A stretch of 64,000 nucleotides of DNA from Cyanidioschyzon merolae (Eukaryota), in NCBI GenBank assembly GCA_000091205.1, contig AP006493.2. One strand, written 5' to 3'. Shown one piece after another: positions 23,405 through 35,086 of this stretch. The number at the start of each line of letters is the position of its first letter. Position 1 is the first letter of the stretch. The notes under the pieces are model-generated. The model saw nothing but the letters and a program-made list of their open reading frames with translations. It had not been told where the DNA came from and searched no databases. The position numbers were made by a program, and so were the translations under genes.

Positions 23405-26400
23405 ATGGCACCAACAACTAAGCGGAAAACCAAGTTTTCTCTGCTGGACTTGCGAGCTGAAGTTTCCGTCCTTCAGGAGCGACTTGGTTCCGGCTCTCGG
23501 GTGCTGAATGTTTACAACCTAGGCCGCAAGACGTACCTGTTAAAGTTATCAGTGCCGCCGTTAAACGCTTCAGGTCGGATACCAGCGACTGAGACTGAAG
23601 AAGCATGGGCAACTGGTGATAGCAGCTGGCGCAGGGAGTACCTGTTGATCGAGTCTGGTGTTCGCCTGCACACCACGAGGTTCACGCGTCAAGCCGCTGC
23701 TGCTGGTACGGCAGCAGCGTCGCTCGTGAGCCGCCAAAAAATTGGTACAGATGAGACTCTGGACAACTCCATCGCTACGGACCTCGCCCACATGGACTTG
23801 GATGAACGGGACCGGGAACTGCAGCTCGTACTCCAGCGACACCGAGCACTTGCAGAGCACGAGCAGCGAGCACAGTCTGGAACGGGTGCAAACGCAGAAC
23901 TTCCATCTGGTTTCACGCTCAAGCTGCGAAAGCATCTGCGAACACGGCGCCTAGCTGAAGTTACCCAACTCGGTATCGATCGCGTCGTAGACTTTCGGTT
24001 CGTGGGTGGGTCCCAATCCGCCTCTGCCTACAAGGCCAGCGCGAACGGGCAGCCTTCGCGGGCTGCGCTCGAGAACCACCTCATCGTTGAGCTGCACTCG
24101 GGCGGCAACATTATCCTCACTGACGGAGACTATCAGATTCTGGCTGTGCTCCGCGTCTTCCGAGCGGAACCAAGGCCGCTTGCAGATTCCGCAGATCAGC
24201 GGGATCCTCCGGCAACGGGACCCGGATCCCGGCGCATGCAACAACAAGACGCTGTCGTTGGTGCGCGCTACGACATCAGTCTAGCACGACAGTTTGCACC
24301 TTTGACGTACGATCGTCTACACGAGATTTTTCAAGAGTGTTACCAAAAGCGTCAGCGAAGCGGCGGAGACCAGCTTCGCGACCTCCAACGCAATCTCGGG
24401 CGAGCGCTAGGCTGGGGTCCTGAACTCATTGAACACGTGCTGCTCGAGGTAGGTGCACCATCGCCTGATCCGCTGCCAGAATACGAGCAACGACTCTATC
24501 GCGTGCTCTGTGAGGCGGCAGCATTTCTATCAGAGTCGCCTCGAGAGGGATATATATTGCTGCGTCCAGTAGCAGAGGGAGCGTCCCAGGCCTCTGGTGC
24601 TGACTCCGAGGATGTTTCAGATCGCTATTGCGAGTTCACGCCTCGTTTACTACGTCAGCACCAGCATCTGGAGCCACGAATGTTTCCGTCCTTCGACGAA
24701 GCGGTAGATGAATATTTTGCTCGAATGGAAGAACTACGGTATCGACAGGAAATTGAGAATCGACAACGGCAGGCACAGGGAACACTGGAGCGCATGCGCC
24801 GTGAGCTCGAAACGCGAGTGCTTACGCTAAAACAGCAGGAAGAGCGCTGTCTGCGAAAGGCTGCACTCATTGAGACGAATTTGGTGGATGTCGACAACGC
24901 GCTGCAGGTCATAAGAGCAGCACTAGCGTCTGGTATCGACTGGAAGGAATTGGACCAAATGCTGGTACTAGAGCGTCGTCGAGGGAACCCCGTCGCGCAG
25001 CTCATTCATTCGCTGCAGCTGCAAGAGAACCAGATGACGCTGATGCTTGCAGATGATAGCGGCAGCGTGGACAACACCGATGCGGAGACGGGGAGCTCAT
25101 CACGGCAGCGGCGTCCTGCCGAGACGCGAGACCTCTCGAACGAGGACTCAGCGAGCTCTGTAGAGAGCGCAAGCGAGGACGAGTCGGGCGACAGTACGTC
25201 CGTGTGCTCCTCCAGAGTGGAGCTCGTCCAAGTGGACCTGAGCCTAAGTGCCTTTGCTAATGCTCGACGTTATTATGAACAGCGAAAGAAAGCAGCGGAG
25301 AAGGGCACCAAAACGATGGAAGCGAGCGCTCAAGCGCTTCGGGCTGCCGAGAAGAAAGCGCTGGAAGTGCTCGCCGGCACTGCCTCGAAAAACAAGCGAA
25401 AGAAAGCAACACCCCTGAATACGTTGAAAGCAATACGGAAACCGCTATGGTTCGAGAAATTTCGCTATTTCATCACTTCAGAGAACTATCTCGTGATTGC
25501 CGGGAAAGACAGTCAACAGAATGAACAGCTCGTGCGTCGATACCTTGAGGAGAACACCGGTGACCTCTACATGCATGCGGACGTTCACGGGGCAGCAAGT
25601 GTCATTATCAAAGGCAAAAAGAATCGTCCGGCGCCCCCGCTATCGATCCAAGAAGCAGCTATCTTTGCGGCCGCCTGTAGTTCCGCATGGGACGCCAAAG
25701 TCGCTGTCAATGCCTATTGGGTATATCCGGAACAAGTTAGCCGCACTGCTCCCAGCGGTATGTATCTGCAGCAGGGTAGTTTTGTGATTCGCGGATCCCG
25801 GAACTACGTACCGGTGACGACGTCTGGATCTGGCCCGTTGGTCATGGGGTTTGGGTTCCTCTTTCGACTGGCTCCGGAGTCTGTGTGGCGTCATATTGGG
25901 GAGCGCCCTGTACGCAGCGGCCCAGACTCGCTGCAAGAGGCGCAAGCTGCTGGAGCGCCTCAAAAACAACAACAGCAAGTCGAGGGTGCTGGCGAGCGAA
26001 TCCTCGAGATCGAGTCGGACACACTGAATGCGACTCTAGGTGAAGATGCGCACATCACAAACGTGAACGGAGCAAGTCGAGCTGGTCAACATTCCGCTGC
26101 AGATACCATTACCACCGAAGCGCGAAGTCCTCTTGGTCATGATGGCGGTATGCAGGCCACCAAGGCCGCAATTGGTGTCAGGAGCCACTCAGAGGCCAAC
26201 GGAGCATGTGTTGATGCGGGCTCAGGTCTTCCAGATGTATCTCCTGATCGGCCGCAAGATACCCATGACAACGTTACGCTTCCGATCGCTAGTGATACTA
26301 CAACGAGAACGGATACGCGTAATGGAAACAGCCCAGGGACGATACCGGGCTCGCATGCTCGCACCACGCTCCAACTACCGTCGTCATCGTCGGAAACGGA

Positions 26401-27520
26401 TCCTAGCAACCAGAGCGTTCACTCTACGCACGCTCCAAAGCAAGTGGGTGTCGCTGAGACGCTTACTACCGGTATCCGCAGTGACGCTGCTGCCAAAGCA
26501 CCAGGTGAGATATCGCTGCAGCGCTCCGTGCAGGCTACAGAGGCGCGCTCCGCTGCAGCCTCTGGTGCCGAGGCATCCCGAGCGAAACCTGTTCGCGGCA
26601 AAAAGTCCAAACTTCGAAAGCTTCGGCTCAAGTATTCCGATCAAACTGAGGAAGAGCGTGAGGCAGCGCTCAGGTTACTCGGCACTACCCGAATGCGTAT
26701 TATGGAAGCACGTGATCGTGAGGGAGCGGCCACTGAGGCGCCTGCATCGAGCAGCGTGAAACAAGCCGCGGGCGTTGACCAGGGTACCAACACGACTGTA
26801 CAGCGAAATGTGAACGCTGAAGAAGCGCCTGCATCGAGCAGCGTGAAACAAGCTGCGGGCGTTGACCAGGGTACCATCGCCTCTGCTCAGGGACAGACAA
26901 GTGCTCAACGGAACGGTACGTCGGCAGCGCCCGCAACACATGCACAGGGGCACGCTTCGACTGGCAGTGCGGCTTCCGAGTTGCCCCTAGAGACGCATCG
27001 CGCTGCACGGGAAGAGACGCACTTTCAGTGGCAAAAAATAGACCAGGTGGAAGTGTCCAAGATTTTGCAAAGTGCGTCTGCCGCATTGGCGGAACACTTG
27101 AGCGAAGCGGAGCTCGCGAATCTCAGTGAGCTGGACCTGTTTACCGGGTGCCCGCACCCGGACGACGTGTTAGAGTACGCGTTACCTGTCTGTGCCCCGT
27201 ATCAGACGCTTGCCAAGTACAAATACAAGGTCAAGTTGGTTCCGGGAACCTTGAAGAAAGGCAAAGCGCTCAAGCAAGTGCTTGGGGTCGTCCAGAGCCA
27301 AGAACGCTCAGGTGCGCGTACCACAAATGCTGCGAATGCCGGGGCAGACGCTTCGGAGGTGGCCCAAGGAGCAGCTGCAACTGCGAGAGAGCTTGAACTT
27401 ATTCAGGCGGTGGATGAGACTGTGCTCGTGCAGCAAATGTTGGGAAATGTCCGTGTGCTTGCTCCTGGTCTCCAGGAGAGTCAACGCAAGAAACGAACGC
27501 AGAAGAAAAGCCGCGGGTAA
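23405..27520 (+). CDS. NEMF: NEMF / Rqc2 / Tae2 ribosome quality control factor (NFACT family), with a large low-complexity insertion
   Basis: The N-terminus MAPTTKRKTKFSLLDLRAEVSVLQERL...VLNVYNLGRKTYLLKL matches NFACT-N. YFITSENYLVIAGKDSQQNEQLVRRYLEENTGDLYMHADVHGAASVIIKG matches NFACT-R/DUF814. The protein ends in a C-terminal NFACT-C-like segment. Confidence 0.88.
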   Translation: MAPTTKRKTKFSLLDLRAEVSVLQERLGSGSRVLNVYNLGRKTYLLKLSVPPLNASGRIPATETEEAWATGDSSWRREYLLIESGVRLHTTRFTRQAAAAGTAAASLVSRQKIGTDETLDNSIATDLAHMDLDERDRELQLVLQRHRALAEHEQRAQSGTGANAELPSGFTLKLRKHLRTRRLAEVTQLGIDRVVDFRFVGGSQSASAYKASANGQPSRAALENHLIVELHSGGNIILTDGDYQILAVLRVFRAEPRPLADSADQRDPPATGPGSRRMQQQDAVVGARYDISLARQFAPLTYDRLHEIFQECYQKRQRSGGDQLRDLQRNLGRALGWGPELIEHVLLEVGAPSPDPLPEYEQRLYRVLCEAAAFLSESPREGYILLRPVAEGASQASGADSEDVSDRYCEFTPRLLRQHQHLEPRMFPSFDEAVDEYFARMEELRYRQEIENRQRQAQGTLERMRRELETRVLTLKQQEERCLRKAALIETNLVDVDNALQVIRAALASGIDWKELDQMLVLERRRGNPVAQLIHSLQLQENQMTLMLADDSGSVDNTDAETGSSSRQRRPAETRDLSNEDSASSVESASEDESGDSTSVCSSRVELVQVDLSLSAFANARRYYEQRKKAAEKGTKTMEASAQALRAAEKKALEVLAGTASKNKRKKATPLNTLKAIRKPLWFEKFRYFITSENYLVIAGKDSQQNEQLVRRYLEENTGDLYMHADVHGAASVIIKGKKNRPAPPLSIQEAAIFAAACSSAWDAKVAVNAYWVYPEQVSRTAPSGMYLQQGSFVIRGSRNYVPVTTSGSGPLVMGFGFLFRLAPESVWRHIGERPVRSGPDSLQEAQAAGAPQKQQQQVEGAGERILEIESDTLNATLGEDAHITNVNGASRAGQHSAADTITTEARSPLGHDGGMQATKAAIGVRSHSEANGACVDAGSGLPDVSPDRPQDTHDNVTLPIASDTTTRTDTRNGNSPGTIPGSHARTTLQLPSSSSETDPSNQSVHSTHAPKQVGVAETLTTGIRSDAAAKAPGEISLQRSVQATEARSAAASGAEASRAKPVRGKKSKLRKLRLKYSDQTEEEREAALRLLGTTRMRIMEARDREGAATEAPASSSVKQAAGVDQGTNTTVQRNVNAEEAPASSSVKQAAGVDQGTIASAQGQTSAQRNGTSAAPATHAQGHASTGSAASELPLETHRAAREETHFQWQKIDQVEVSKILQSASAALAEHLSEAELANLSELDLFTGCPHPDDVLEYALPVCAPYQTLAKYKYKVKLVPGTLKKGKALKQVLGVVQSQERSGARTTNAANAGADASEVAQGAAATARELELIQAVDETVLVQQMLGNVRVLAPGLQESQRKKRTQKKSRG
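26740..26883 (+). repeat. Imperfect tandem duplication (period ~87 bp, about 1.6 copies) inside the NEMF low-complexity insert
   Basis: 'gcgcctgcatcgagcagcgtgaaacaagc(c/t)gcgggcgttgaccagggtacca' occurs twice. The protein shows EAPASSSVKQAAGVDQGT twice. Confidence 0.85.
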
Positions 27521-28087
27521 AGTTTTTATGCGGAGCACTGCACGAACCTGGTGAGATGCACATCTCGATATGCAGCGTATCACAATCGCGTTCAACTAGC
27601 TCGTCTACGTCAAGGGCTGGATTTCCATAGCGCAGAACGATCCCAGTGATGAACTATAGGCAACGGGAGCCATTTCCCATTTACAGGAACGTACTGGGCG
27701 TGTTGAGAAGAATGCTGTCGATGCGGCTCTTGGTTCAATACTGGTGGCATTCGGCGGCAAGATCCTTTGGAAATGGCACGGGCATTCAAATGCCCAATGA
27801 GCACGGACGTATCGCCTTTACGAGTGCGTCATCCGAGCGAAGCCGCCACCGCTAATCAGTGTCGTTCATGGACTCTAGCTGCACCAGTAGAAGCAGCTGC
27901 CCAGCGCTTCGCAAATTAGCAACGAAATACCTTTGTGCTTTCCGCTCGGAACAGCGCACATTTAAAGACTAGACAAGTCGCATAAACACGAACAATAACG
28001 AGTCATCGCTGAGAAACTGCGGATCGCTCACGAAAAAAAAAACATGAACGCATCGATGTTCCAGTTCAGCTCCTGACTGGTTTCTTG

Positions 28088-29242
28088 TTACGGCGCCCGA
28101 AACAATGCCTCACCCGTACGAACCAAGGCACCGGGTTGCACCAGAAAACCAACATCTCTGCCTGTATGCCCAGACGTGGAATCGTCTCGAACCATTGCCG
28201 CAGCCTCGAAGAGCAACACGATACAAGATCCTTGTCGAAAGCCGCCCATTTCGTCACCTGGTTGCAAGCGGACTGGCCAACGATACGTCATATCGCGCCG
28301 GTAGTTCAGCGGATACTCGTGGCAATTCGTCACCAAGTCCTCGTCAAAGTGCAGATAGATATCGCCGTTTCCAAAAGCCGCAACAGCAACCATGCCGAAA
28401 AAGCCATCAGTCCATTCGCCAACAAGGCAGACGCGCTCGTTCACGGTGAACAACGACCCTAGTCTTCGCAGGATGCGCGGTGTTCCTGGTAAAAGCTGGC
28501 CAACGACGTGCCGCCGCAGCTCAATATCCCACCGTGCAGGTGAATGGAAGCGATGATAGCCACCAGCGGGCAAATGGAAAACTGCATAATAGAGCGCCTT
28601 GGCCTCGGTATCCGGTTGGATTGCGGTATGGTTACTCTTCATGCTCATTGTTTTGCTGTTGAGCTCAGTGCTGCCGCGAGTTCGTGACAAACCTAGGGTT
28701 TCGGTAGTGGCAACCTCTACCATGATGGGTCCTCGTACCAAAGGATCCCGTTCATCCGTGGAGTCCAGCAAGGCTCTCATAGATAGACGAATGCCCTTGA
28801 TGGGTTGAAGCAGAGCCCCGCTCTCTACCTGGCCACAGGAGAGCAAGCGACCATCGCAGGGCGCTACGAGGCTCGCTTTCGAGTCGATAGGTCTCGCTGA
28901 TGGCTTCAGCTGTCGCTGCTGGAAAGCGGCCAGTGTTGGAAACGTCTCCAAGGGATCACGTATGTCATCTAGCTGACAGGCAGGTAAACACGCACAGTAC
29001 GTGGAGAGCAAGGTTCGTCGAGTTGCCTTTGGTAAGTAGACGCGACTCACGGCACCTAGCGCACGGGAGAGAAGACGTAGCGGCAGGGTTTCGAGAGCAG
29101 TGCGAGCCCAAGGCGCAGCCTGCCTGGTAGCAGGCGTTCCGTACAAGTCCGCTGAGCGTTCAAAGGAAACAGTCTGGTGAGCAAGCAAGCCGGTCACTGT
29201 GCCTGAAGCCACTATGGTCCACAGCGTTCGTTGACGGACCAT
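28088..29242 (-). CDS. PSD: Phosphatidylserine decarboxylase proenzyme (PSD1-like)
   Basis: FHLPAGGYHRFHSP matches the PSD DYHRFHSP motif. Near the C-terminus, GGFRQGSCIVLLFEAA aligns to the self-cleavage region F-x-LGST-[IV]VLLFEA. The N-terminus looks like a presequence. Confidence 0.8.
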   Translation of the reverse strand: MVRQRTLWTIVASGTVTGLLAHQTVSFERSADLYGTPATRQAAPWARTALETLPLRLLSRALGAVSRVYLPKATRRTLLSTYCACLPACQLDDIRDPLETFPTLAAFQQRQLKPSARPIDSKASLVAPCDGRLLSCGQVESGALLQPIKGIRLSMRALLDSTDERDPLVRGPIMVEVATTETLGLSRTRGSTELNSKTMSMKSNHTAIQPDTEAKALYYAVFHLPAGGYHRFHSPARWDIELRRHVVGQLLPGTPRILRRLGSLFTVNERVCLVGEWTDGFFGMVAVAAFGNGDIYLHFDEDLVTNCHEYPLNYRRDMTYRWPVRLQPGDEMGGFRQGSCIVLLFEAAAMVRDDSTSGHTGRDVGFLVQPGALVRTGEALFRAP

Positions 29243-31299
29243 GAGTCTAGCGCACTCTTTGTAGCGTGCTCAAACTCCATAGAGCCTGGCTGTTTCAAGA
29301 GCGTCGGCGAGTTCGTATTGGAGCTGCTTCAGGCAACGGAAGCAGGAGCGAATCTATTCTCGCACAGTGCAAAGTGCCGCTTTGTGAGAAGCGTACGAGA
29401 GAATCGTCGACGCTGTGCGCGGTGGGCGCCACTGGATAGGGCGAACAGATGATTTGGTCTTGTCAGAGGCAGTTCTCGAACGTCAAGATCGTCGTCACTG
29501 ATGTAGACGAGCAATATCCCGACAGATACAATACCAGCGCAAGACGATGATGTCTAGTGGGAGACGATATCGGGTGACGTCATCATAAACTTGTTTAAAA
29601 GAGGTTGTCGTGCACGAAGCGTTGTTCATACAGCATCTGTGCGAGACGTCCTACTGTGGCGCTCTGCAGAGCACAGGTGCACTTGTACCGTCGTTGTGTT
29701 TCCAGCAGCGAATTCCGGAGCACTTGTGCCAGCACACTCGTTTTACTTCTTGTTCAGTTCTCCTACCGACATTCAAGAGAAGGAATGTCTCCGATAGATT
29801 GGAGAGAGGTCACGGAAGGATTTGATGCTGTTCGAGTTTGCTTGGGAGAAACGATCACCTCTGTTCAAGTCGGTTATTCTACGTACAACGCATGGTTCCA
29901 TTACCATTCATGAAGTTCTTATGCTGAACCGCGTATGCCCGAGTCAGAACCTATCAAAGACCGTCGACATGGCTGTCTTGTGGTCAATATAATTCGCCGC
30001 ATGCGTTCACTAAGAAATACGATCAAAGAAGGCACAGGATGTGAAGTTTCCGTTCCGTTGATGCAAACGTCGATGAAGAGCCGCGGGTTGTCGACGAATC
30101 AAGCACGATTGTATGAAATACCGTCGCGCGTTGAACAGTACTCTGTCGATCTCGTCATGAGACAGGAACGCTTATTACAGAAGGAACAGCTTCCGTTTCA
30201 CTCGATGGGACTTTATCCAGAAGAAATGGTAGACATGGACATGGGTACTCAAAGAGCGGCAGCACGCTGCTCGAAGAGACGAGGCAATCGAGGATTCCGA
30301 CGACATCTGCACGAGCTGCGATGCGATCGTGTGGTCGCCTCCAAGTCGCCAAAAGAACAGGATTGATCGAGGCCTTGTCGTTCCTCGAAGAACTCCTCGT
30401 GGCATGCCCTTCCCATATTCTTCCGTCTAGCGCTTAGACATCGTCGCGTTCCATCACTAAAAAACGATAAGAGAGCAAGCGACTGAGATTGACGCTGAGC
30501 TGCGCTTTTTGCTAGTTTATGTTCCCTGGTTTATTCGAGTCGGAGCTTGTTTTAGGTTGCCATTCACCATTTCATGATCATTTTTTGATAACACCTCTAC
30601 GCAGACCAGGGACCGTCGACTGCGCTTTTGATGGCAAAGCGCTGTGAGGCATGCTCACTTGCAACTAGCTTCAGATTCCACCGCCCATACGTGCCCTCGG
30701 AGCATCTAGTTATGCTCCGCGTCCTATCATGCACCTTGCCTGCGGCGAGCGTCCGCAACAGCGCCCACTGCGCCACTGCGGATGCAACACGAAGATAGAA
30801 CGCCTTTGCCATACCACGAAGGGCGTCGACTCGAGTTTTTACGCTCATGGTCGATTAGAAAAGTCGTTCGCATTTGTGACATGGCTCTTCGACAACTCGT
30901 TTCTAAACAATAAAATCGTTCAGTTTTGCTACCAGTGTGCTGCTCTATCGCTCCTTTGTCCGTTACGGGATAGGGCGGAAAGCCACGCTTCAGTACAGGG
31001 GCCTCCTCGCGATGCAGAAGATACAGAAAATATGCGTTAGGGAGCGAAGATCCATGCATAGAAAAGGCGAGTTTTCTTGCCACCGTCCACCGACGTTCGC
31101 CTGAATCACTAGGAAAAACAGTACCTCGTATAGCGACCGTGTTCATGGCATCCTGCTGAGTCAATGAAAAGGCGATAGAGCTGGCCTCTGCGAGCAAGTA
31201 TGAAGCACTCGAGCAAGTTGTGAAGAGCAGTTGTGGCGTTCGTTCAAGTTTCTCACTTATTTTGTATGAACCGATCAACAGGACCTGTTTTCAAACGCT

Positions 31300-31560
31300 C
31301 AAGGCAATGGAGAGAAGGATTTCGTCGTGAGCATGGATCCCCGTTTGATTGATACCGTGGCAGTTGCCGTCCTTCGAGATCAAGAAGACGGAGTCGCCGG
31401 CCTGAACGGGATGCAGATGAAGCCACTGGAGTTTCCCAAGGCCGGGGATCATCGGGATTCGCGCATCGCCGACTCTATGAAGCATATCCAAACGTCGAAT
31501 GAGGGCGTCAGACCCATGTCGACGCTCCCAACACGATATAGACCAACGGGACACGCTCTG
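31300..31560. repeat. Dispersed repeat family C, copy 1 (inverted copy at ~48410-48650)
   Basis: The spurious ORF peptides LRDQEDGVAGLNGMQMKPL and LSQEDGAKDLNRMQMNPL share about 75% nucleotide identity over >200 bp in opposite orientations. Confidence 0.55.
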
Positions 31561-32940
31561 TACGATTCAGAGAGTACGCAAGGGTCCAAAAGCTTCAAGC
31601 GGCCTATCTTTGGCAGGAATGTATCAGAACGTGCTGGGGTTGACAGCGGTTTCGGTCGCGCGTACACAAGAAGCAAGGTGATCGACGACTTGTTTTGCGG
31701 GCTGGATGAGAATATGGCCGAGAATCCGGATCGCTTTGTGGTAGCGTCTGGAGCTGAATGTGCCGCATCCGGCAAATTCTGGCCACTTGCTCTTTCTCGA
31801 AGTGAGTGTAGAAACGTTCTGGTGCCTATGCCGTACAGTTCCCATTGATTAGTCCAAGACGAGATACACGCATCTTGAGCACGTGTCCATTCTGAAACTG
31901 GTAGAAAAGATGAGAATGAAACAGCGACGGATGCACGAGATGATGCAAGGTAAACCCACCGAACGTCATTTAAAGAGACAATGGAAGCCAGGAGGCTCAC
32001 AACGGTATATACAATCACCAAAAAGAAACACGAGCACTTTCTGCACCAAGAGATGAACGTCTTGATCAACATCCGCAAATTTCTGTTGCCTCCGGAGTGT
32101 CCAGCGGTTTCGTATCTCGCACGAAGTCTCTCACAACTCATTTATTATGCTGTGTGCCTCCATGGTGCTGAAATGCTGCAGACTCGTGATGGAAAGAAAC
32201 CGCACGCCAGGAGAAAGTGGATTTGAATGACCCTGGACAAAGGCACTTGTTTGGTACGATTCACGAATCCCGAACGGCTTACGCGCTGGGATGTACAGAC
32301 AGGGAACGATCCTCGTAAGCATTTTTTCAGAAGATAACGGGATTTTGCTACGCGACGTTACTATGGATATCGCCATCGGAGAGCAGCCTGCGAGAAACGG
32401 AACACCGGACGGGTAGTGTCAAGGCTCCCGACGCGAACAGCCTCTGACGTCCGAACAGACGCCTTCTGAGATCGAGGCCTGGCGTCGGACCGAGTGCATC
32501 GCCAACGAGTACCTGGTCGTCACCCGCAAGTGAGGGCATCGAATACCACTATGGATCTCAGTGTTTAGATTGGTAGTCTGCTGGCCTACCGAGCGTTTTC
32601 AGTAGCGCTCGAATTTGCACCCGGAGGAGCTCACAAGCTGAACCACTGCCAGAGCGTCACTGCGGCAAGCACGGCCACTGACGGGTCGAGCGCACGCGTG
32701 CAGCTTGCTCTCACAGGCAAGCGACTGCTCCTTTTCTACAAACATTACACTCGGTTTGAATTTTAAGCGGGAGAGAAGAGCTTTGAGAGCGAAGACGTGC
32801 AAGCTGTAGCCGCTGGAGCAGCTGCATATCCGAGCGTTACGCTTTCCGTGGGCACTGCAGAAGCAGGCGCCCTTGCCAAGCGTCGATGCCGGCGCTCAGC
32901 GCTTCGAGCGCTAGCATTATCACCTTCCAGAAGCAAAACT

Positions 32941-33777
32941 TCAGAGTTTATCGCTAGAAAATGGTCGCGGCATGGTTTTCCATTCATCGTTCTCAAAGGG
33001 AATCTGCAGCTCCTCGCACAGCCGCTTCCATCGATCCGTTGTACCCTCAAAAACAAACGTTACCGGAAGGACGCAAACCCCACTACCTCCGACTCGACGC
33101 AGCTGCTTCATAGCTGAGTATATCTGCGTCTTCTTCACTACCAGTCCGATGGCGTACATGCCGTGGGCGACTCCTCGAGGTGGAATCACGGTCGATATGG
33201 TCGGTCCGTCGAGGCCTCGTAGATCCGTGAACTCGCCAAGACGTCGAGCAACGTCACCAGCGCTTTCACCGCGTATGTTCGCAATGACATTGTAGTGTTG
33301 CTGCGCAGTGAAATGGGCATCCATCCGTTCGATCAGCTCTCGCACGAAATCTCGAAGACGCTCGGCAAATGGATATCGAGTTTGATCCGCTGCTAGGCGG
33401 GAACGATTGCCGATAAGTTGCATTTCCGATTGAAGTATCGTGCCGCCTGGTATTTCTTTGAGATTATTTTCTCGGAGCGTCACGCCGCTGCTGATGAGAT
33501 CAATGATGCAATCGGCGGTGCCAAGCTGGGTAGCGGCCTCTAACGCACCATCCTGGTACAGGAGTCGATAGTTCCGGATGGCGTGAGCTGCCAGGAAAAT
33601 TTCCGACTGGTTCGGGAACTTGGTCACGATGCGCAAGGGTTGTGAGCGAGATTCTGTAAAGCGGCGAAAATCTTCAATGTTGTGGATATCGGTCCAGAGA
33701 ATTGGCACTCCCAGACCCAAACGACAGATACCGAAGCCGAGACTGTCGTGGACAATGACGACATCCGTAGAAGTTCC
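32941..33777 (-). CDS. HISG: ATP phosphoribosyltransferase HisG (long form), exon 2
   Basis: DVVIVHDSLGFGICRLGLGVP and DGALEAATQLGTADCIIDLISSGVTLRENNLKEIPGGTILQSE match the HisG catalytic core. The C-terminus carries the regulatory domain of the long form. Exon 2 begins after a CAG acceptor in phase 0 (...ttcag|GGA ACT TCT ACG GAT GTC). Confidence 0.8.
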   Translation of the reverse strand, partial: GTSTDVVIVHDSLGFGICRLGLGVPILWTDIHNIEDFRRFTESRSQPLRIVTKFPNQSEIFLAAHAIRNYRLLYQDGALEAATQLGTADCIIDLISSGVTLRENNLKEIPGGTILQSEMQLIGNRSRLAADQTRYPFAERLRDFVRELIERMDAHFTAQQHYNVIANIRGESAGDVARRLGEFTDLRGLDGPTISTVIPPRGVAHGMYAIGLVVKKTQIYSAMKQLRRVGGSGVCVLPVTFVFEGTTDRWKRLCEELQIPFENDEWKTMPRPFSSDKL

Positions 33778-35086
33778 CTGAATAGTTCGAATCATGAGCA
33801 GGTTAGTTCGTGTTCTTTCTTGCGCATCCACAGCGTTGAATATCCATATGGAGCGAACAGTTGCTCTAGGTTGAGGCAACGGTAACAGCGGCATCGCATG
33901 CGATCCCAAGGGCATCAAGAGGACCGGTCACGCTCATGGAAATGGTATCTCAAGTCCAGTACAGACTGCCCGGGTAAATTGATGCATATCTCCAGGGTCT
34001 GGATACGGAGTCGATGCATCTGCATCAGATGTTCGGAGCCACGGCATCTCTAGTCCAATCCGGACCGTCCATGGCCGCGGAGACGTACCACCGGCGTATG
34101 GATCCGGAAGCGACGCAACTGCATCTGATGTTCGCAGCAGCAGCAGCAGCAGCAGCAGCAGCGCCTTTGGTCCACTGCTATCCGTTCAGGTCCCTAGAGA
34201 CATCAATCTAGGCTCTGCGTTACCAAGTCGCATGTGAGTGGGAATCGAGATACCATGAACCGTACAACGCGCGACACTCGTAGCGATCACTCGCCGCATG
34301 GCGTGTACTCGGGCAGCGACGAATCATCTCCGTTGATCCGCATTCTAGACCAGTTCATCGACAGGAGCATCTGCACCAGTAACCAACGCGCGCTCCAGTT
34401 CAAGGTATGCACCATGTCGAGCGCGTGTGCGTGCGCCGAGTCACCGCCACCAGCAAACACGCTCCACCGCACAAGACTCACTGCGTAAGAAGGCATTGTA
34501 TTCCATAACACTGCTTGATGCTTTTCGCTCTGACGCCATGGATCAAAGCTTCGAAGCTATCATGTGTCCTATCTGCGGGAGCATCTCGCACTGCATACGG
34601 AGTGATGCTTTGAGCACCTGTTCTCGCATGCAAGTGATTCAATATAGAGCAGCGTTGCTGACAGACGCAGAGCCGGACAGCACGCCCCGTCTACAAAAGC
34701 ATTTGCGCCCATCCGAGCGCTTCCACTCTTGATATCCGACTCGGGTACTGCAGCCAAAATGCACGTCACCGTTACCTCACTACAGGATCATTCTAGAGCG
34801 ATGTCGACAGGCTGGTACTCGTACCACGATCAGCTACCGCTATCTCGCCTGGTGTAGTATCCAAAGCAAAACGACTGATTGGCATGCTACGCGCCTGTCG
34901 CTTCGAGTTTCTCTGGGGATACAGCTTGAGCACCAGCGCCTCAGAGCCGAGCATGCCCATTTGCAGGCATGATCGAGTGCACAGGTGCCTCAATGAATCC
35001 CCGTAGCACACGCAGGTGCCGAGCAACCGATCATGGAGAACGTAGGTCTCGGAACTTGCTCCAGCCTACGCCTTGCACAAACTTAC
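33778..35086 (-). other. Spliceosomal intron of HisG (~1309 bp, GTAAGT...CAG, phase 0), containing a (GCA)10 microsatellite
   Basis: The exon 1 reading frame ends ...DLVAEYN followed by GTAAGT (minus strand, 35086..35081). Frame continuity resumes after CAG at 33780..33778 with GTSTDVVIVHDSLGFG, which is the conserved HisG segment that normally follows directly. Confidence 0.65.
34134..34164. repeat. (GCA)n trinucleotide microsatellite, about 10 units
   Basis: 'gcagcagcagcagcagcagcagcagcagcagc' read directly; it lies inside the HisG intron. Confidence 0.9.

Noticed and set aside
31327-31848. Family C repeat as a third TnpB/Fanzor-like relic (KSFKRPIFG versus ESFKRSAHG)
   Set aside because: The nucleotide similarity between the two segments is only about 10/14 over a very short stretch. 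There are no collinear RuvC-II or NAA motifs. I treated it as an unrelated dispersed repeat.
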